From contig JBLDXI010000004.1 of assembly GCA_047495785.1 (NCBI GenBank), forward strand, positions 1,364,001 to 1,428,000: a stretch of 64,000 bases of DNA, written 5' to 3'. This stretch comes from Lepidodermella squamata (taxonomy: Eukaryota; Animalia; Gastrotricha). This document shows, piece by piece, positions 61,623-64,000 of the stretch. Below the pieces are notes generated by a model that worked only from the letters and a program-made list of their open reading frames with translations, was not told where the DNA came from and ran no database searches. The translations under genes were made by a program, and so were the position numbers. How positions within the stretch are numbered: position 1 is the first letter of the stretch; the number at the start of each line of letters is the position of its first letter.

Positions 61623-63077
61623 ATTTTTTCTATTGTTGTGATATAGAATAACCTCCGGTTAGATATAGTACTAAGAAATGAAAAGTTGGCTAAAGACCAA
61701 CAGGCAGCCAGATGATATCGCCAAGAAAGCGGTGTGTGAGTGGCCGAGACGAATTGTCTAAACTATCAAAGCCAGGTCACAAGCTGGAAGATTCGCGCAA
61801 TCGGTTAGGATTCACCATGATTTAGTAGTTTAAAAAGGCGTTTCAGTAAATTGAATGAACGCAAATTAGTGAAACTAGTCTGGTTAATTCTTTGTATTTC
61901 CTGCAAATCGCAAAAAGTTTGATGACTTCAATATGGAAGATTATTTAATTTTGGTTGTTATTGACGATTTTGAATTTTCAAACTTCAGACCTCCGTGAGC
62001 CATGAGGCACCCATCCGCCTCAAAAAACGGACAACCCCAGAGACGCTCTGGAAAGTGGCATTGATTCACATTGTCGTGGAGACACTAGCTCGATCCCAAT
62101 AAATGGCGAGATTCCTCACCTTATATTACCCTAAGGAATTTTGACAGCGCATAAAAAAACAGTAGCATTTATTTAATTGAATTGGGCAATATTAAGTAGC
62201 GGGTGTGACTTTTCTCATCTGACCTATGTCTTATTTCATTCGACAGCCTAAAATGTGACTAAAATCGTCATGAAAAAATCGATTTTCTCGATTTTCCTTA
62301 GTTCGATTTTTCCGTATGGAAATACCCCTTTTATGGCCTGAACTGGCATAACTTTAAATGAAAGATTTATGGCGATCCGAGTTGCATTGTGTTTGAGGTG
62401 GTAAGTTGAAAAAAATCTGCACGCTGAAATAAGACAGTGGTCGGATTAAACAAGTTGTCCTCCAAGTAGTTTGGACGCGGAATTTTGGAATTGCCAGCAG
62501 TTTTGCACCTTGAAAGCCATGAAAATAGAAAACTCGCTGGTGGCCGCAGCCTGGTAAGAATTGTGATGTTAGAATCGCCGAGGGTTAGGTGTTGAGAAGT
62601 TTTGCTTCATGCCTATTTTATGTTTTATGCCTGCCGCCTTATTTCTTTAATAATTAAAAGAAAGTTGCTTTGACTTCAACAACGTCAAAAGTCAACCCCA
62701 CTATACTGCCTGTTTCCACTGTACGAAGTAGGATCCGGGAGCTGAGGTGTTTTCTGCGTGATTTCTGCAGAGTTCCAGAGGACTCCAACCAAACCCCTCT
62801 GCTTGGAGTCCCGGGGCTGGGATGTCGCGACCCTGCCTGTTTCGCAAACATACACATTTTGTAATTGTTAACACTAATTTGTAAGTGAAGCATCTACCCC
62901 GAGTTTTGACGATAGCACAACACGTTAACACGCTTTTATCTGTAACTTGTTAATATTAATATTAAAGCAGAAAAACACGAGAAAAAAATTAATAACATAC
63001 TCGAAAGCTATCGTCACATAACACGGAGCACAGGATAAATCGCAGGCATCACATTTTACTGCATGCTGAAACTCGTC

Positions 63078-63765
63078 ATGCGTATTCTCAAAGCTATCAC
63101 CTGTCTTAAGATAATTTCCTGCGTTGCAATTGCTCAAGAATGCGGTACTGTAATCTCCACTTCAACGGCGAAAGTAAAAGGCCCGGGCAGTCATCCAGTA
63201 GAAGCACATGAATACCCATGGCTGGTTTGTATAATTGAATGTGTTATTTTCTTATACCGGAAAATATGTTTTTTGAAGGTCTTTCTTGAAATTTATACCA
63301 GCCGCGAAACATCGGCCGCATATTGCGGAGCTTCTCTTATTTCCAGGGAATGGCTCATTACAGCTGCTCATTGCGTTTGGAATGATGGAGAGACTCCAAT
63401 TTTGTAAGGTTTTTTGTTTTATATTCTCATATCAGATGTTGGGAAACTTTTTTATTTACAGAATTAAAGCAATGATTGGGCGCCATAACATCAGTGTTGA
63501 AACAGAAACAGCCTCTCGCGAGTCCCTCGTGCTTCTGCCGCCTGTGATACATCCGCAATACAGTGGAAGTCGGAATTTCTACGACTTTGATTTCGCTCTC
63601 TTACGACTGTCGAGCCCGATTCCTAGATTCACACAGCAGATACGACCGATTTGTTTACCTGACGCGACTGCAATGTGCCGGTCCAACTCAATCACAGCAA
63701 ATTCGATCGATGGGTGCAATTCGGCGGTCGCAGTTGGCTGGGGTCATTTTGCACATAGTAGGTAA
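63078..63765 (+). CDS. Second serine protease paralog, head-to-head; first three exons only, continues beyond the window
   Basis: MRILKAITCLKIISCVAIAQECG..EYPWL|VFLEI..YCGASLISREWLITAAHCV..|..YDFDFALLRL..IRPICLP..AVGWG; same intron positions as the first copy. Confidence 0.85.
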
Positions 63766-64000
63766 TTTTTTGTACACTAGTGACGAGAGCAGAGCTTTGG
63801 ATTTGATTTGATTTGATATGCAGCTTAAATCACGGATCTTCCTCAATCAATCAAAATCAATCATTGTCCCACCTTCCAGAACTAAATCAATCAAATCAAA
63901 TCAACGACACCCATAAATCACAATAAATCGCAAACATTAGGATTTTCAAGAAGTTGGGGGCGTTGAAAATGCAAGCAATTGATAAAATAGTGTGAATTTG

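Noticed and set aside
60089-62470. ~115-bp direct repeat and segments shared between the protease intron and the intergenic region
   Set aside because: Real but most likely fragments of a dispersed repeat; no termini or function assignable

Overview
AT-rich invertebrate animal genomic DNA with mostly 45-65 nt introns; the taxon cannot be named from the sequence. All gene models were spliced by eye and need RNA confirmation. The window looks like a birth-and-death cluster of secreted recognition or effector genes. (1) Six intact genes and five relics are built from a ~130-aa, 12-Cys unit that I cannot assign to any domain family I know. The unit is a triplet (A-B-C) of 4-Cys sub-modules, with phase-0 introns inside it and phase-1 introns between copies. 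It occurs 1x, 2x or 4x, alone or capped by a C-type lectin or by two LamG-like domains. (2) A secreted S1 serine protease with two Sushi domains appears to be spliced in frame, through a 57-nt intron, onto an intronless array of ~22 DARPin-like ankyrin repeats; a head-to-head paralog runs off the window end. (3) A ~1,700-aa PAN/F5-8C/LamG multi-lectin. (4) An alpha7-type Cys-loop receptor subunit lacking the loop C vicinal cysteines. Mobile DNA includes an apparently intact MULE transposon, a Penelope-like fragment with hammerhead ribozymes in inverted terminal repeats, Sola-like and LINE fragments, and many MITEs, several of them nested inside introns.
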